A stretch of DNA of 64,000 bases from the NCBI GenBank assembly GCA_030141605.1, contig JAQGDQ010002367.1, forward strand, positions 930,001-994,000, given 5' to 3'. This document shows positions 26,909-40,855 of the stretch, in pieces (position 1 is the stretch's first letter; the number at the start of each line of letters is the position of its first letter). The DNA is from Tubiluchus corallicola (lineage: Eukaryota; Animalia; Priapulida). Position numbers and translations under genes: made by a program. The notes beneath the pieces are model-generated. The model did no database searches. It was not told the DNA's origin and saw only the letters and a program-made list of their open reading frames with translations.

Positions 26909-28283
26909 TGCATAGATCTGCGTGTACCAGGTGGTTTAAGGAACATAATACTTGTACGTGCATTGGAAAAACTTTAGAATAAAGACAAAATGCAGCTATA
27001 TTTACGGCGTGTATCTTTGTTAGCTTAGCAGATCTATTAACCTGGCGCCTGGCGGTGAACAGGTGATATGTCAACCAATATCTGGAGAGTTAATCATCTT
27101 TCCGTTTCCATGACCTACTCCTATTACGCCATTGCGTGATTACTGATCACTCCGGTGAATTGCAGACTATTTTCATGTTAAATTGCCCAGCGCACGCGTG
27201 GCACGGAGGTCAGCAAGAGTTTTTAATCGTTTCTTGTGTACTTCAGATATTGCGGAACCTACTGAGGAAATAAAGAATATTTGGTATTATTTTGCAAAAA
27301 ATATGATATCAAATGTAAATGTTTATTTGACCAAATTTCGAGACTATTTCCCAATTTCCAGATATGAATAATGATGAAAAATTTAGATTTATCTTAGGAA
27401 ATGATGATACGGAAGCGTTGGATTTAATTTGGTACTTTGTCAGAGATTGTTTTAGAATCAGGGCAAACGGAGCAAAATAGTATTAAAAATGACCACACGT
27501 CCGATTATTGTTATGTTATTTTAACATTTAATTGTTATTTGTGTCATTTGGGTATATTATACTTCAAATTATCGTGTTGTAATTTATGTGATCTGTTTTA
27601 TTATCGTTAAGATTTTGTAAGTAATGTATTGTATAATGATTGTAATGAATGCTAATTGTTAACCCAATAAATTAAATTAAATTAAATATATTAAGTATTT
27701 ATTCATGGGTAGCATAAATCTATCGTTTTACTTAATTCAGTAAACTCTATAGAGCAGTTACGCTCCACTATGTCCAAAGCTCTGTAAACACTGTATTAAA
27801 CTATGATTCAATACTTGCTTTTAAAATAATAATGCTGCGTAGCTATAAAACTGGGCGTTCTTGATGCAAATATCTGCTAATGACACGTTATTCCTCGTAA
27901 AGTTGTACCATATCACCATATTCAGTACTGCTAACATCAACAGTTGCATTTAATATTTAGCGTTGCTATAATTTAACAATTATTTTATACTTATGCAAGT
28001 TGGTATGTGAACACCCCGGCAAGTGCAGTCATACATTTATTAGTTATTACAAATTGGTTGCGTCTCCAAACTCATTTTCCCCAAAACATTCACTGCCCGA
28101 TCGAGCAAGCAGTAACTGACTGCTAATTTGATGATTTCACTAACATGTCATATGCTCATTTTTTGCTGCGGCTGCGAACAGGTAGATCAGTGATTAAATA
28201 TGTGATCTGACCTAAACGAGAGAGTGCTTCACATCGATAGGATCTGGTTGAATAGGATCTGGAAAATATTCAAATTAGTACTG

Positions 28284-28911
28284 AGTGTAACAGACCATAG
28301 TATACCCCAGTTTAGACTATAACCGGGTGTTTAAAGCGGCCTAGACTAGATTATACCCCGTGTATATTATACCCCCGCCTAGGCCAATTAATACCGCGGC
28401 GCAAATCGTACCCCCATGATATAAGCAGTGTAGAGTGATATACACAAGAATTATTTAATTTTTCAACATTTTATTGGGGTTTAACCTATGTCAAGTAAGT
28501 TAGTTAAGAAAGCTAACTGACTTAAATTTTGAAATAAGAGCGCAACTCTGAACACACACAGATCTTCAACCAGGAAAACTATAGTCAGTAAAAATATTAA
28601 ACGCCACAAAGATCAAAGATTACCACCACATCTCAGTAGTGTTCATACATTAAAATAAAAGCACATTTCCAAAACAACGTAATGTAATTGTAACATAATG
28701 GCAATTACTGTTCATCATTCATAAAAGTCATAACGTCCTGAAATTTCAACTTCTAAGACTAGCAAGTCCTTGCTACAATATAAATGTACATTTTTTTTCA
28801 CCCCAGGTATAGTTTGACCCAGGACAGTTTATACCCCGGGGTATATTTTGCCCGGGGCAAAACTATACCCGTGTTTAATCTGGGCAGGGGTTAATTTGCC
28901 CTGCTACACTG
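28284..28911. mobile_element. Non-autonomous DNA transposon (MITE) with TATACCCC subterminal repeats
   Basis: Ends AGTGTAACAG... / ...CTGCTACACT; multiple TATACCCC / GGGGTATA motifs near both ends. Confidence 0.6.
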
Positions 28912-31900
28912 GAATATCGGAAGTTCAGAACAACTGTGCTGTAGTTAATGCAAAATCGCTTCTTGCCTCTTCTGCTTTTTTACTTTTCTTTGTCTGATAC
29001 AGCAGAACAAAGGAATATGTGCTACTCTGAAAGAAATTTGTTGAATATTCACCAGTCCTCATTAAACGTTTATATTTGCGCTTGAGTAACGTTGCTGACT
29101 ATTCTTGTTAAGTTTGAGTGCATAATTTTGTGATTGCACGAACGCTGCCTATACCATTAATATTACCGGATCGATTCAATGTATCATGGTTAATTTGTAA
29201 GGGCAATGGCCGCGGGAAATCACAACACAGTCGATCTTTGCATCAAGAACGTTTGATTTTAGTCATCTATTTACATAAGAACGCGATTTCCATTTGAATA
29301 ATTCTCGTTCGTGATCTTTGTTCATATTTTTCTAAATCTTCCGGGTTTTAAGACGCTGTAAATCGCGTGGACTTGGCAGGCGCAAAGAGTGACTGTCAGA
29401 AACAGAGTTCCGTTTTAATAATTTATAAAATGCGTGAAAATGCGTAAATTTAATTCATGTTCTAGTAGTGACTGTATTTAGCTTTCTCAGTTCCTGAGTG
29501 ACTCATTGCTTATCATGTTTTCTTTGTTTGCCTGTTATTGTCATTTGTAAAAAAACTTGCTCAATTGCCAGACGGGATAGACCGTCATTAGCGGTCGCCC
29601 AATCTAGTGCACAAATAACAAAAACTCACCAACGTTCACATTTGATCACTTCCGCTTGCCAGTGCGTTACCCCCAGTCCACATCCGGTCATTCGCAGTTA
29701 ATTACTTTTACGCTCCCGTATTTGCGCTTGTAGAAATGAAAAATGATATTGATGGAATAATTATTGTTGATAGTTACATAAGGTGTTTAGTCTGATTCTG
29801 ATACAACTATAGACCTTATATAGCTTCTTACGTGACACCGGATGCCTGTTATTACGAGGGAGAAAGTGAAGGGGACGAATGAGAGATGTGAGAGATAATA
29901 AAAATAGGAGGAGACGAGCAGGTGACTTCCAAAGTCATGAAATATTATTACATATGAATAAATATGCCTGTTTTATTGCTATTTTATTCCTACGAGCCCA
30001 CTAGAAAGTGCTCCCAATACCTTATGTCTTGGGTCCTAATCGCCGACAGTTTTGTCAGACTACTGGCTTTGTTGCTGTTTCTCGTGGTTTTACCCTGAAC
30101 ATTATTGACTGCAAAACGGTTTTTTGTAAATAGCTTTTCTATCGGGTGTCTTATATGTGGAATTCCTTACCAGAAAGTTATTTAATTGGTAACTAAAGCT
30201 TCACCGACTTTTCTGGACCTGTATTCATTTTTCATTTTTCGACTTTTCTATTGTAACCCTTTCGTCTTTTGTTTTTCTTTTTTCAGAGGTGGCCTTGGCG
30301 AAATGCTGGGTATCGCCATGCTAAGGTCTCCAGAGACTGATCTGTCATTAATAAGCATTATTAGTTAATTTACCGTATTTTTGTGCATTTGTACACAGGC
30401 TGTATGATTGTTTATGTTCAGTGTGTAGTGTTAAATAAACTTAAAACTTGAGACTGAGTACTAACTGGTGTTGTTGGGGCGATTTTCATTTTAAAAAATA
30501 GAGTGACGCCGCTGACTAATAAGTGTAAAAATCCTCTGTTGGGACTTCCGGGCATTATTGCTAGTGTCTAAGAATATAATCGCGTGTCAGTGTAGTAGTT
30601 TTTGACACTGCTGCATTGATACTCTAACAAAGTGACTGTTATAATTACTTAAAACCTCTGACTTATACAATAGATCTGCGTCGTATTATTATCGCATCAC
30701 GTATCATTTCATCTTTATTGTCGCGGATTCATCGATTACAGTCATTCTCTTCATGTGATTCATCGTATAATTTCGGGGTTTTTAAATGCGTGATACATCT
30801 ACTCAGTAAACCACGTCACCCGAACATGCGGCAACCTTGAGACTTACACATTGAAGCAGTTCATCGCTGATAATGACGTAATTACTACTTGCATTTATAA
30901 CAATAAAGCTCAACAAACGTTTTATTATCTTAATATGAGGGCAATAATTGTGGTTGCTAATACATAATTGGGTGCCATCATAACCATTAATTTTAAGTCA
31001 TTTAATGTATCTTTTCTAGAGAGAAATTAACCCACTAAATTTGATTGTATACGCGTATCATCAGTTTTATCATGATGTAAAAACCGATGTTTTACACATG
31101 TGGGCAGTTTGGTAAACAAAAATATTGTAACGACAAAAACAGAGATTAGCGGGCAACACTGCACAGTATAGAACATAATGATAGAGGAATTATAATTTAT
31201 AATTAGCCTTTCTGCTTAAGCAATGGTAACCTCTGTGTCCTCTTTTTTGATTTTATATTTTTACGCCAGGTTCCAGTAACTAGCGAAATATCAATCGAAA
31301 TAGAATATCAAAAATGATACATGCTTGTGTACTTCAGTTTTGCTGCATTCAATTGATAGTAGTAGAGCTTATTTTGAGTAATTTAATGTGAAGATATTTT
31401 GGGGGTGTATTTAACGAATGGTTTCACATTCCAGCAGCTTGAATGCATTTAAGTCGTGTAGCACTCCAAGCTGTATTGCTGCTTAAGCGTGTAAGTACCT
31501 TAACCTGGGTTATTGACAACGCTCTGTGTGTAACCTTGTCTTTTTAACACATTTTGTGTTTAATGTAATTTAGTTTAGTAAAAACTTGTTTTAGCGGTTT
31601 GTGGTTTCTTTCACTCATGCAGATGTGTGTACGTTTGATAATTGATATAATTGTTTAACATGGTAAGTTGTTGTGCATATGAGTACATATCACTATTGAA
31701 TATATATGATTTGATTGCTTTGATTTGCTGCTTTCATAACTGCATTTTTACTAAAACTCTCCCACAATGGGTCCACGCATTCACGCACCCTTTTCTGACG
31801 TTTATTGGTTTTGTGTAATTTTGCAATAAAACACTAAGAATAACAGGTCAATGAGGTCAATTTCATTTTGATATTAAAAGTACAGTGATTCAACTATAAT

Positions 31901-33119
31901 GTTAACACAACCGGCATTTGTGCGTGTTTGAAGTTGTAACTGAAAGTTCATCCACATATCATCTGTCTGCTACCTACGCACAAAGCCCGTTCTGTGCTCT
32001 TATCAGAATGTAACCGCTACAAAATACGCATTTTGACTGCTCTAATATGTTTATTGATTTAATCATAGTTATCTAAAACATTTTGTATATACAATGTAAA
32101 CAGTTATTGGGCAATCTGTTCCGAACACAGACCATAATAGTATCAGGTTATCGACATTTACGTTTGAATCATGATGTCATACGTGTAGCACAGTTCGGTA
32201 TTCATGCGTTTCTTTATCACGCTTGTTTTCTTATGTTTTTTGTAAATTTACCCTCTTATCTTGGAGTCATTGGTAGCATATCAGTCAAAGTACTTTTTCT
32301 TATGTTTGTGTACGAGAATGCGAGCAATGTTTAACTGGAGAACTAGGAAGTGGTTGTTATTTTGTGATCATTGTAGATATAGACATAGACGTAGACATAT
32401 ATATAGACAAAGAGGTGTTTATTCATCTCTTCTAATGCACATTTACATAAAATACACAGCTGATTAATCATATAAAATTTACGCGAAAATATACATCAAG
32501 AAGCGATTAAGTGGGTGCAAGAGAAAGGTTAGCAAAAGACCATCAGGTCGTCGACTCAGCTACCCTTCTTAAATTAATAAAATAGAAACTTTATGTGCTG
32601 AAAAATTACTAGAAAGAAAATTACAAATTAGGTTTAAGAAAAAAAACAGTGATAAAGTTAAAGAAAAAAAGATACAATAAATAGAATAACATATATACAA
32701 TATTGCATATTTAATTTTATTTAGTGATGTTTCTGGTGTGTGTTAGTAAATGACTAGGCAGATATAAATTTTATAAACAATCAACTTTGAACATTTACAG
32801 GTGTATCTACGCCTTATTTAGATATGTAAATAAATATATACATATTTATCATAATCTACATACACAGTCTACATACATATAAAAATCCAAGTTAATATAT
32901 GTAGGCCTACAGCTTTTATCTCAGCAACACAGTACTCTCTTGTCTAGCTCTCCTGTACCAAACACCTGCTATGTGATGTAAATCACTTATTTAGTCACTG
33001 CTAACAAATTAAATAATTGTTTATTAATAAAAGCCCAGTTATTAAGATTCTTATTTTTCTCACGAGCAAACTATAATCAATGTCAATTTATACGGGTACT
33101 CTCACAGCATTATAAAAAG

Positions 33120-33620
33120 AAATAACTTTTATTAAAACTTTTAAGATATAAAATGTTAAAAAGCATGTCATAAATGTTTCGACTGTAGCCTGCAGGCATC
33201 GTCAGACTATACAAACAAACAAGAGTTATATAGATTGGGCCTACTGTACGGAAATTCACTAATTACGTATTTGCGAGGAAGCCAAAGATGTAATAAATTA
33301 AGTAAAAGTATGCAATAAAATGCAGTAATGCAGTAAAAAGTATAGCTAGGTGTTTGTAAACAAAGTTAAGAAATTACTTTGCACATTAAGAGGTTTATTA
33401 GGGACATAGATAAACTTTCTTTCATTAATATAAGTCCCATTTATTTGCAGTTTTGGCCACAATTCTGAAATTATTAAAATTAGCTTTATGGCCAGATGCA
33501 CAGCCACATATAAGGTCATGAATACTAGATAGAGAAGGGTTGCCAGTTCTAGACGAAATACCCAGATAAATGTGTTAAAAGCAAATCTGTTCACATGTGA
33601 GAAGCACTACAAAAAGCCTG
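33120..33620 (-). mobile_element. Penelope-like retroelement 3' fragment (GIY-YIG C-terminus plus pLTR with decayed hammerhead core)
   Basis: Frameshifted minus-strand translation LGISSRTG..SSIHD...H...NNFRIV...DL..ESL...PLNVQ...LF; downstream CTGACGA-stem-CGAAAC. Confidence 0.7.
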
Positions 33621-35471
33621 CAATTTTTTCTTCTAAAAACCTTCTAATAACATTGTTATAATTAAACCTGATTTTATCTATAACAGACTCTGAAATATTT
33701 AAACCAAAACAAAGACAGCAAGTGGTGATACAATAATAGTTGCGAAATAATACGGTTTAAGTTTAATATTGCCTGCACTATATTAATCAACTGCTAACAC
33801 TCATATAAAGAAATTGAATGTAGTTATAGTAACGCCAGTCATTTGATGACGTTTTTGTGAGAAACGCATAACTTCAAAATCACTAAAAGTGCTATTTGAA
33901 TATTAAAAACTAACAGTGCTTTGAACAGATGCCTATCGTTTCTGTAGTTTGAAAGTATTAGCAAAGTGAAAAAATCGTTAAGCAGCTGGCATTTCCTGTT
34001 GCGCAGCGAAGTGGCTTGCCTGGCTTCCGAGAATTCTTTTGTGATTTTCAGCAGTGGCGTCCTCTACCGGGAATTTGCTATAACTACTAATAGAAACCCT
34101 GGCTGGTTATTGCAATGAAGCCTTTTATTAGCTTGCTTCCAGTTATTAACCAATACGCAGCATTGCCATCTAATAACCGTTATTTTATCACTCATTGAAG
34201 TTTACTGCCTGGCTTCTTCAACAAATGGCTCACTTTAATCAAAGCCACAATCCAGTTTGGTTAATTACGATACCTAATTAACAGTTACTGTGATTTATGC
34301 GTTTTCCTTGGAAAGTGTGTGGGACGAACATATAAATCTGATGGGAAGGAGTAGGCGTATGTGTGCTAATGTCACAATGATGGTAATGTTATTATCCGAT
34401 TAAAGCAGTGATCAGCTCGCGTCTTTACTGCAAATAATCGTCACATGTTAAACTAAACAAATAAGTTTACATGAACTGTGGGTAAGACTAGCACTAGACA
34501 AAACTTGGCATTGGCTGAATGTCAATCGCGCTATAGCTTATCAGGAGTTCCGTTTCTCATCAATAGATGTCGTAACAATACCTCTAATATACTATCACTT
34601 GCATTGTTAAATCGTTGGTGTTGTTTCTACTAAAGTTATTATGAGCAGAATTAACAGAAGCTGGTGCATCTTTAATAAGCAGAGATATTTATTAACTCTG
34701 GCATTTTACAATAATTGCCATCGTAGTGCTAATTTGTAGACTATAATTTACGAAATAAACAATTATATACGCTAATAACCAGCCTTTAATTTTGTATAGA
34801 ACTAATTTAAAATATGAAATTCCTGTGCACAATAATTTTATTTTAATCGGAATCATGCTTTGAAGAACGGTTGTGTTATTTTTCCATAGTTCAGGTCGAC
34901 GAATGCATAATTTGTACATTATTAGGAGCTAAGGCATTATCCAAACAGCAATAATAAACTGTACTTGTGTACGGGTTAAGAAGTGTTTCCACAGTACTTT
35001 GTACGTTGAACTTGTTGCCATGTAACAATAATGTGCGTGTTGTATAAACTATATTTAGATTTTCTCATGTGTGTCGCAATTATTAACACATTGTTTATCT
35101 TATAAACTTCGTTTATTTACATTTAATTGGCCGGTCGCCCAGAGTTTAACGTATTTACCGTTAATATCGGTTGATAGAGTTTATATATGCGTAGATAACC
35201 CTACTAACTATGTATCGACAATTTACAAACCTCTGATTATTTCGAACCTCACGTTTTTTTATGACGTTAATTGTTAGAAACTGTTGTTTTGATTTCACAC
35301 CGTGTCACATTTCATACGATATATGTGGCAAGATCTATGTATTTAAACAGACAGTTCTGTGACGTCGTCTTTTTATGCCATTAAACAACTTTTTGAATTA
35401 ATCGATATTTTACCATTGATAATAATATAAGCGGTTCTTTCTTCTATCTTTTTTATATCATTTTTTTGTAG

Positions 35472-35621
35472 ATTTCTACCGGGGATGAACTGGTTCCCTC
35501 CTTAGCCACGGCTTCCCCCCTGTGCAGCAGTAATGGGCACATTCCGATGTACGTGAAATCTGGCAAGAGCAGCGGCAAATTGTACATCAGTGGCATCTCC
35601 CATCCATACTACAAACAAAAG
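35472..35621 (+). CDS. FBXL20: FBXL2/FBXL20 N-terminal exon (open across 50 codons; internal ATG at 35547)
   Basis: Long polypyrimidine tract + gtag| acceptor, AAG|GTAAGT donor, phase 0 into the F-box exon; peptide not recognisably conserved. Confidence 0.65.
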
Positions 35622-36833
35622 GTAAGTCATGTGGAACAGTATTAAAGGAAAACAGGATGATTTCTGAAGTATGGTAAGAAGTATGTATTTTAACACGTAT
35701 GATAATGCCAAAACGCTTCTGATAATTAAATAATAGAACATTAATTAATGGCGGGCAAGCCCAGCTAGTGATGACATCACAACTGAACATAATTTTAAAC
35801 AGTGCAAACATTCCATGAACTTGTCAAATGTGGTTGTTATGGCAAAAAATGTAGTACAGTGCTACTGTACTATGTTTGGAGTGATATCCGAAAACTTGCA
35901 AAATTTTAAGTTTAAAATTCATATTTCAAATTTACCGTGAGCTATCGAGCATGTGTAATACGTCGCAACCGAACATCTCCAACTGAGAGGTACAGCACCT
36001 ATTTTTTGTGTAACACCTCCGAGACGTAAATGCTACTGCTCGTCTAACTAGCGAATGGTGAAGTGCATGTAACAGCGAAGAACCAGCTGCGCGAACACAA
36101 AATTATGTTTTTGTGGTAATTATTTTTTTCGCGTAACTCATTCCTGAAAAAATAGTTTGCTTCCTTTCAATATTTTACTGTTTACATTATTTTGACTTTG
36201 GGTCCGATTTTCCTTTAATTAAGCAACTTGATCATGCAAATTGTCCTGCTAGAGGGCAGTAGGTAACTACTACTTTTAAAGCAGCTGTTTTTTTTTTAAT
36301 ACATACTGCTATAACTATTTTGGTATCACAGTGACTGTGATATCTTCACAATAATTTTTGGTAAATACTAATTTATGATGTAATATGAGTAAATTGTAGA
36401 GTCACACAGTAAATGGGAAAGTTGCATACACATGTAATCAAACTCAAACTGCTAGTACGTATCAACAATAAAATCAGCAATTAAACAAACTAAATAAGAA
36501 CTCAATTTATAATTATTGTTTTTTTATTCTCATAACACATTTCTATGCAACAGAATGTTTTGGATGCCAGTAGACTTGTAGTTTAAAATCAGTGGTTGCT
36601 TAAGTTTAGGATCCCGTATCGTTTATCTACTAGAGTAATTAACTTGATGGAATTTCATCCCTAGTGATTTGCCTTTGTGCATTATGCAAAAGACATGTCG
36701 TGACCGTTTACCCTAGATTTCCATGATGATTTCTCTCTCTCTCTCTTACTCCCAGCCTTCTCACATATTCACGGATGCATTCAGGGGGGCTAAAATTGGA
36801 AAGAAACTAGCTTAACCTCGTTACTTGTTTCAG

Positions 36834-36919
36834 GTTAATGTGAGGGCAGAAACACAAAGAGCCTTGGCACTAGATGAGGCCTTAATAAATCATTTGTTGC
36901 CAAAAGAGCTTCTACTACG
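36834..36919 (+). CDS. FBXL20: FBXL2/FBXL20 exon, start of F-box
   Basis: DEALINHLLPKELLLR; cag| ... CG|gtaagt. Confidence 0.95.
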
Positions 36920-37417
36920 GTAAGTACACTGGAATGTAACTAACCAGCTAGCGGATGTAGATATCCTAGTTTAGTATGACTGGGTATTATCAAATATTTG
37001 ATTGTGTACATTTTAAATTTCCGTTCATAATGTTGTATAAATACTGACTTGAGAAAGAATTAACAAAGATGGTTCAACTGTAGTCATATTAATTTTGAAA
37101 ATGTGTTACTCTAGAAGGACCACTTATAGGATTTTTGCAAGTCCATACACATTTACATCAGCGTCAGCTAATTAAATGTTTTATTATGCTTAAGCATTTA
37201 TGTAATAGTTGCTGGATAGTACAATGGTAATTCTTAGATGCTGAACAGGTTCGTAGTTTCAGTTTCTAGCTTCATTGAACATTTTCATGATGCATCTTAT
37301 TTTGAAAATCATTAAATTATTAATAGGTCATCCAAATTTGTTGATTTTTTTTTGTAATGGTTTATTAGTTAAAAAAAGACAAAGTTAGACAAACTTTTTA
37401 ATTTTGCTTTGTTGCAG

Positions 37418-37472
37418 GATATTTTCATATCTAGATGTTGTAGCTCTGTGCAGATGTGCCCAAGTGTCGAAG
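37418..37472 (+). CDS. FBXL20: FBXL2/FBXL20 exon, F-box
   Basis: IFSYLDVVALCRCAQVSK; phases 2 to 0 consistent. Confidence 0.95.
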
Positions 37473-37982
37473 GTATAAAAACACTAACTATTTTTGCTTT
37501 TCCTTTTTGCGATTTGTATTTCTTCTTAATCTGTTGCAAATGTGCCAAGACACTTATTTATATGTAGCAAAATCACCTGAAAGAGTTTGTATTTAGCCTT
37601 GACTTATGGTGAGCATATTATGTGTTGTTTTTTAAGCGAATTTGAGCTCCTCGAGTGTTTTTAGTTCATTTTTAAATTTTCTTGATAATCATTTCAAGAC
37701 TTGTCTAAGCTCCACATTTGCAGTAACAGGAAGTACCAAATTTTGTTGGGTTGACCAGTGACTTTGACCCAGTGGTCATTTACAACTCCAGAAACTGTCA
37801 TCAGTTGCACTACCAGATTTAAAAAATGATATTCCCAAAAACATCGGGGAAAGTAACTTGCAGGCAGACCTGAAAAATAGATTTTCCTCGATCATATAGT
37901 AAACGTTCTGGATTCTCTGTAGTGTACAACTATTTTGCATGTTTTGCTAAGACAAAAGTAAGTTTTCTATTGTATATTTCAG

Positions 37983-38152
37983 TACTGGAACTTATTGGCA
38001 CTGGATGGCAGTAATTGGATGCATGTTGACCTGTTTGAGTTTCAACGAGACATAGAGGGCGATGTCGTTCGAAATCTCGCAAAGAGATGTGGAGGATTTC
38101 TCAAGTCTTTAAGCTTACATGGTTGTCAAAGCGTTGATGATGGTGCTATGAT
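37983..38152 (+). CDS. FBXL20: FBXL2/FBXL20 exon, F-box end and first LRR
   Basis: YWNLLALDGSNWMHVDLFEFQRDIEGDVVRNLAKRCGGFLKSLSLHGCQSV. Confidence 0.96.
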
Positions 38153-39370
38153 GTAAGTTACAATGGATTTGCTTGGCACAGTTTAAGTGTATTAAATAGC
38201 TTGTAATAATAAAACTTCGAATATTTTCCTACCGATTCTACCAACTGAAAGACGCCATGCTTTTATCAAGTTGTACGGGAAATGTGACCCTGCATTCTGA
38301 AACCAGACTTACGCAGACAGTTAGTTATAGATATCTTTGCATGTGCGGTGGCATAATCAGCCACAAAATTTACAAAATTTTACATTGTAAAATGAAGGAG
38401 CTAACGGAATTTATTAATAATGTACTCACTGTTGTTTTTATTTATTTAAGTGGATGAAAGTAGATATATACATGTAGATGATGCATAAGTTGATGTAGAT
38501 TAAATGTAGATGGGAAAAAAGTAGATGTTTCACACTGATTGGAATCTGATAAATTATAGATGAGTTAATTATTAATTAATGGATTTTGGTCATTAGATTA
38601 AACACGGGAAAAACTGGCATTCACTGCCGAAGAATTAAACTTATGTGTTATCTAACTGAATGCTGACCTGTGTGCACCCTTGTGCAAATGGTCACAGATT
38701 AGGACAGTGGTCATTCACGGCAAGGGTCACAGTCACGATGTGGACAAATACACGTTCAGGGAGCAACAATTCTTATAGCCAAGCTAGGAAATAACGTTCT
38801 ATTGATTTTGTGCTTGAAGCAAATGCCATTGTATCCAACTAGGAAACAATTTTCTTGTAAAGAGTTTTGCAAATGAAAAACCTACTGGAAAAAGCTGGAT
38901 CTAGAAATGTTCAGGATAAAATTAGGAGAACGAGCATTCCGAGCAAACTGTTGAAGTTTAAAACTCCTTCCATAGACAAAGAGTCATAATGTGTGTAGTA
39001 GAAAAATTCGTTAAGTAAATCAAACTAGACTAGAATGACAATGCAGTTTTACAATTTTTTGTCTGGTGGACTAAAAGGGAAGTATGTTTTGCATCAACTT
39101 AGATGAGACTGTAGCCATTTTATAAAGATGAACATCAGAAGTTAGGTGTTTTTGTGGTTGATACATGGAGGTGATAAGCCACCCTGTTTTTTGACAGGTT
39201 TAAGCAATTTCTGTAAGATATTTCTGTATAATGTTGAGACCTAGCTTCTTCACATTAAAGGTGATACTCAGTTTAAAGTGGAATTAAGCAAGATGCTGTG
39301 AGAAGAACCACAAAAAAGGATAAACAAATTAGTACTTTTCAGCAACTAATTGTGACTATGTTTGTTTCAG

Positions 39371-39439
39371 CACATTTGCTCAACAATGTAACAACATTGA
39401 GGAGCTTGATATTATCAACTGTAAACAAATCACCAATAG
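39371..39439 (+). CDS. FBXL20: FBXL2/FBXL20 LRR exon, followed by a GC-AG intron
   Basis: TFAQQCNNIEELDIINCKQITN; donor AG|GCAAGT. Confidence 0.9.
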
Positions 39440-39862
39440 GCAAGTAAAGCTATTTTGTTCAATTAAATCAAATTGTCATTAGATGATTTTTATGCATCAG
39501 CATTAGCTGTTTTGTAGAAATAAGAGAGCTAGTAGACAAATCATTGAGTGTAAGATTTAGTGTGTAATATCAATATACAATAGTGTGTAATAGAATTTCG
39601 TATTTCATCAACACTATATGAAAGCAGGCTATGTGCACATGTGAAATTTTTGCTGTTCTAAACTGGATTCTCATTTGCTTTTGATGAAGCTGTACTAAAA
39701 AGATTTATTAAAACGAAAGTAATTGTAGAGAGTGCTGCATTTTTATGACTTGCTGCTCTCTAGACTGTTTTCTGAATCCAAAGTGTAAAACTTTTTGCTC
39801 TGTAAATCATTCATTATTAATTCTGAAATTGTTCTCTATAAAGCTGATTAATAATCTTGCAG

Positions 39863-39958
39863 AACGTGTGAGAATCTAGGGACTCACTGCTGCAAGTTAC
39901 GAGTGCTAAAGATGGACTCCTGTGTACAGATAAATGATATATCATTACAAGCTCTTAG
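39863..39958 (+). CDS. FBXL20: FBXL2/FBXL20 LRR exon
   Basis: TCENLGTHCCKLRVLKMDSCVQINDISLQAL; phase 2/2. Confidence 0.93.
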
Positions 39959-40469
39959 GTAAAAACATACAATTAGTAGTTGGATAGTTGTAACCCACTA
40001 TTATGCTTAGCCAAGCTGTAAAAATAAACGAGTTTACTGATATCTGAAGATGCGTGTTGTATTAAAGGCATTAACAGCTTGTAAGGGAAATAACTTGCTT
40101 GGATGTTTTTAACATTTATGAATATATATGCAACATTTGATATCTGAGCCAGATTGTTATAACTGTTACAGTTTGTACTTAGTGACCGAAGTTAACCAAC
40201 ACCATATTTGTTCTCTGTTTGGAAAACGCTTCTGGGTAGCTTCATCTGTCTCACTGCTTCCGGCTATTTACCTGTGGGGAAGGATGTATACGAATCCAAA
40301 CATGACACTAAGGCCTTGCAAAGCATTCTAGGGATATGCTTTTTAAAGTGTACTTTTTGTCGAAATCAGCAAATTTCACTATCTATTTATATATATGTGA
40401 CAAAATAAATTGTTCCTGTGTCAGTCCAAACTACAGTTAACCTTCATTTGTTTATATTCATAATGGCCT

Positions 40470-40585
40470 TGAATGAAACAGGAGGTATTAGTTTTAACGT
40501 TTTTGGTATGACCCGACCATGGAATCGAAACCATAAGTTCCTGATAGAAAGTGAGAGCTTTACCACCTTGGCTACACTGCTGAGT
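40470..40585 (-). mobile_element. tRNA-derived SINE head (intronic, antisense)
   Basis: Minus strand has A-box TAGCCAAGGTGG and B-box GGTTTCGATTCC followed by GGTCGGGTCATACCAAAAAC SINE body-like sequence; no intact cloverleaf seen. Confidence 0.65.
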
Positions 40586-40714
40586 CATGGTTGCCATATT
40601 AAGTTGTCTCTTCTGTTCTGTTTGCACTCCCATTCATCATTTGTGATCAAAAAGATGTTTGTATCATCTCTTTTTTCTCATTAGCTTAACCTAAATGACA
40701 TTTGTATTTTCCAG

Positions 40715-40838
40715 TCAAGGATGTCCATACTTAGAACTCATAAACATATCATGGACGAGCATCTCTGATACCGGTTTGGAGGTTCTCTGCCGAGGCTGTC
40801 CTAAGCTGAAAGCTCTCATACTTAAAGGATGCCATTCT
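40715..40838 (+). CDS. FBXL20: FBXL2/FBXL20 LRR exon
   Basis: QGCPYLELINISWTSISDTGLEVLCRGCPKLKALILKGCHS; TCT|gtaaga. Confidence 0.95.
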
Positions 40839-40855
40839 GTAAGATTTTCATTATA

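Noticed and set aside
30287-30340. Strong acceptor-like polypyrimidine tract + AG, possible FBXL exon
   Set aside because: The phase-0 frame stops quickly, no good donor follows, and downstream sequence looks like a retroelement 3' tail.
40510-40585. tRNA gene on the minus strand
   Set aside because: A and B boxes are present but the cloverleaf is not intact and a SINE body-like sequence follows; treated as a SINE.
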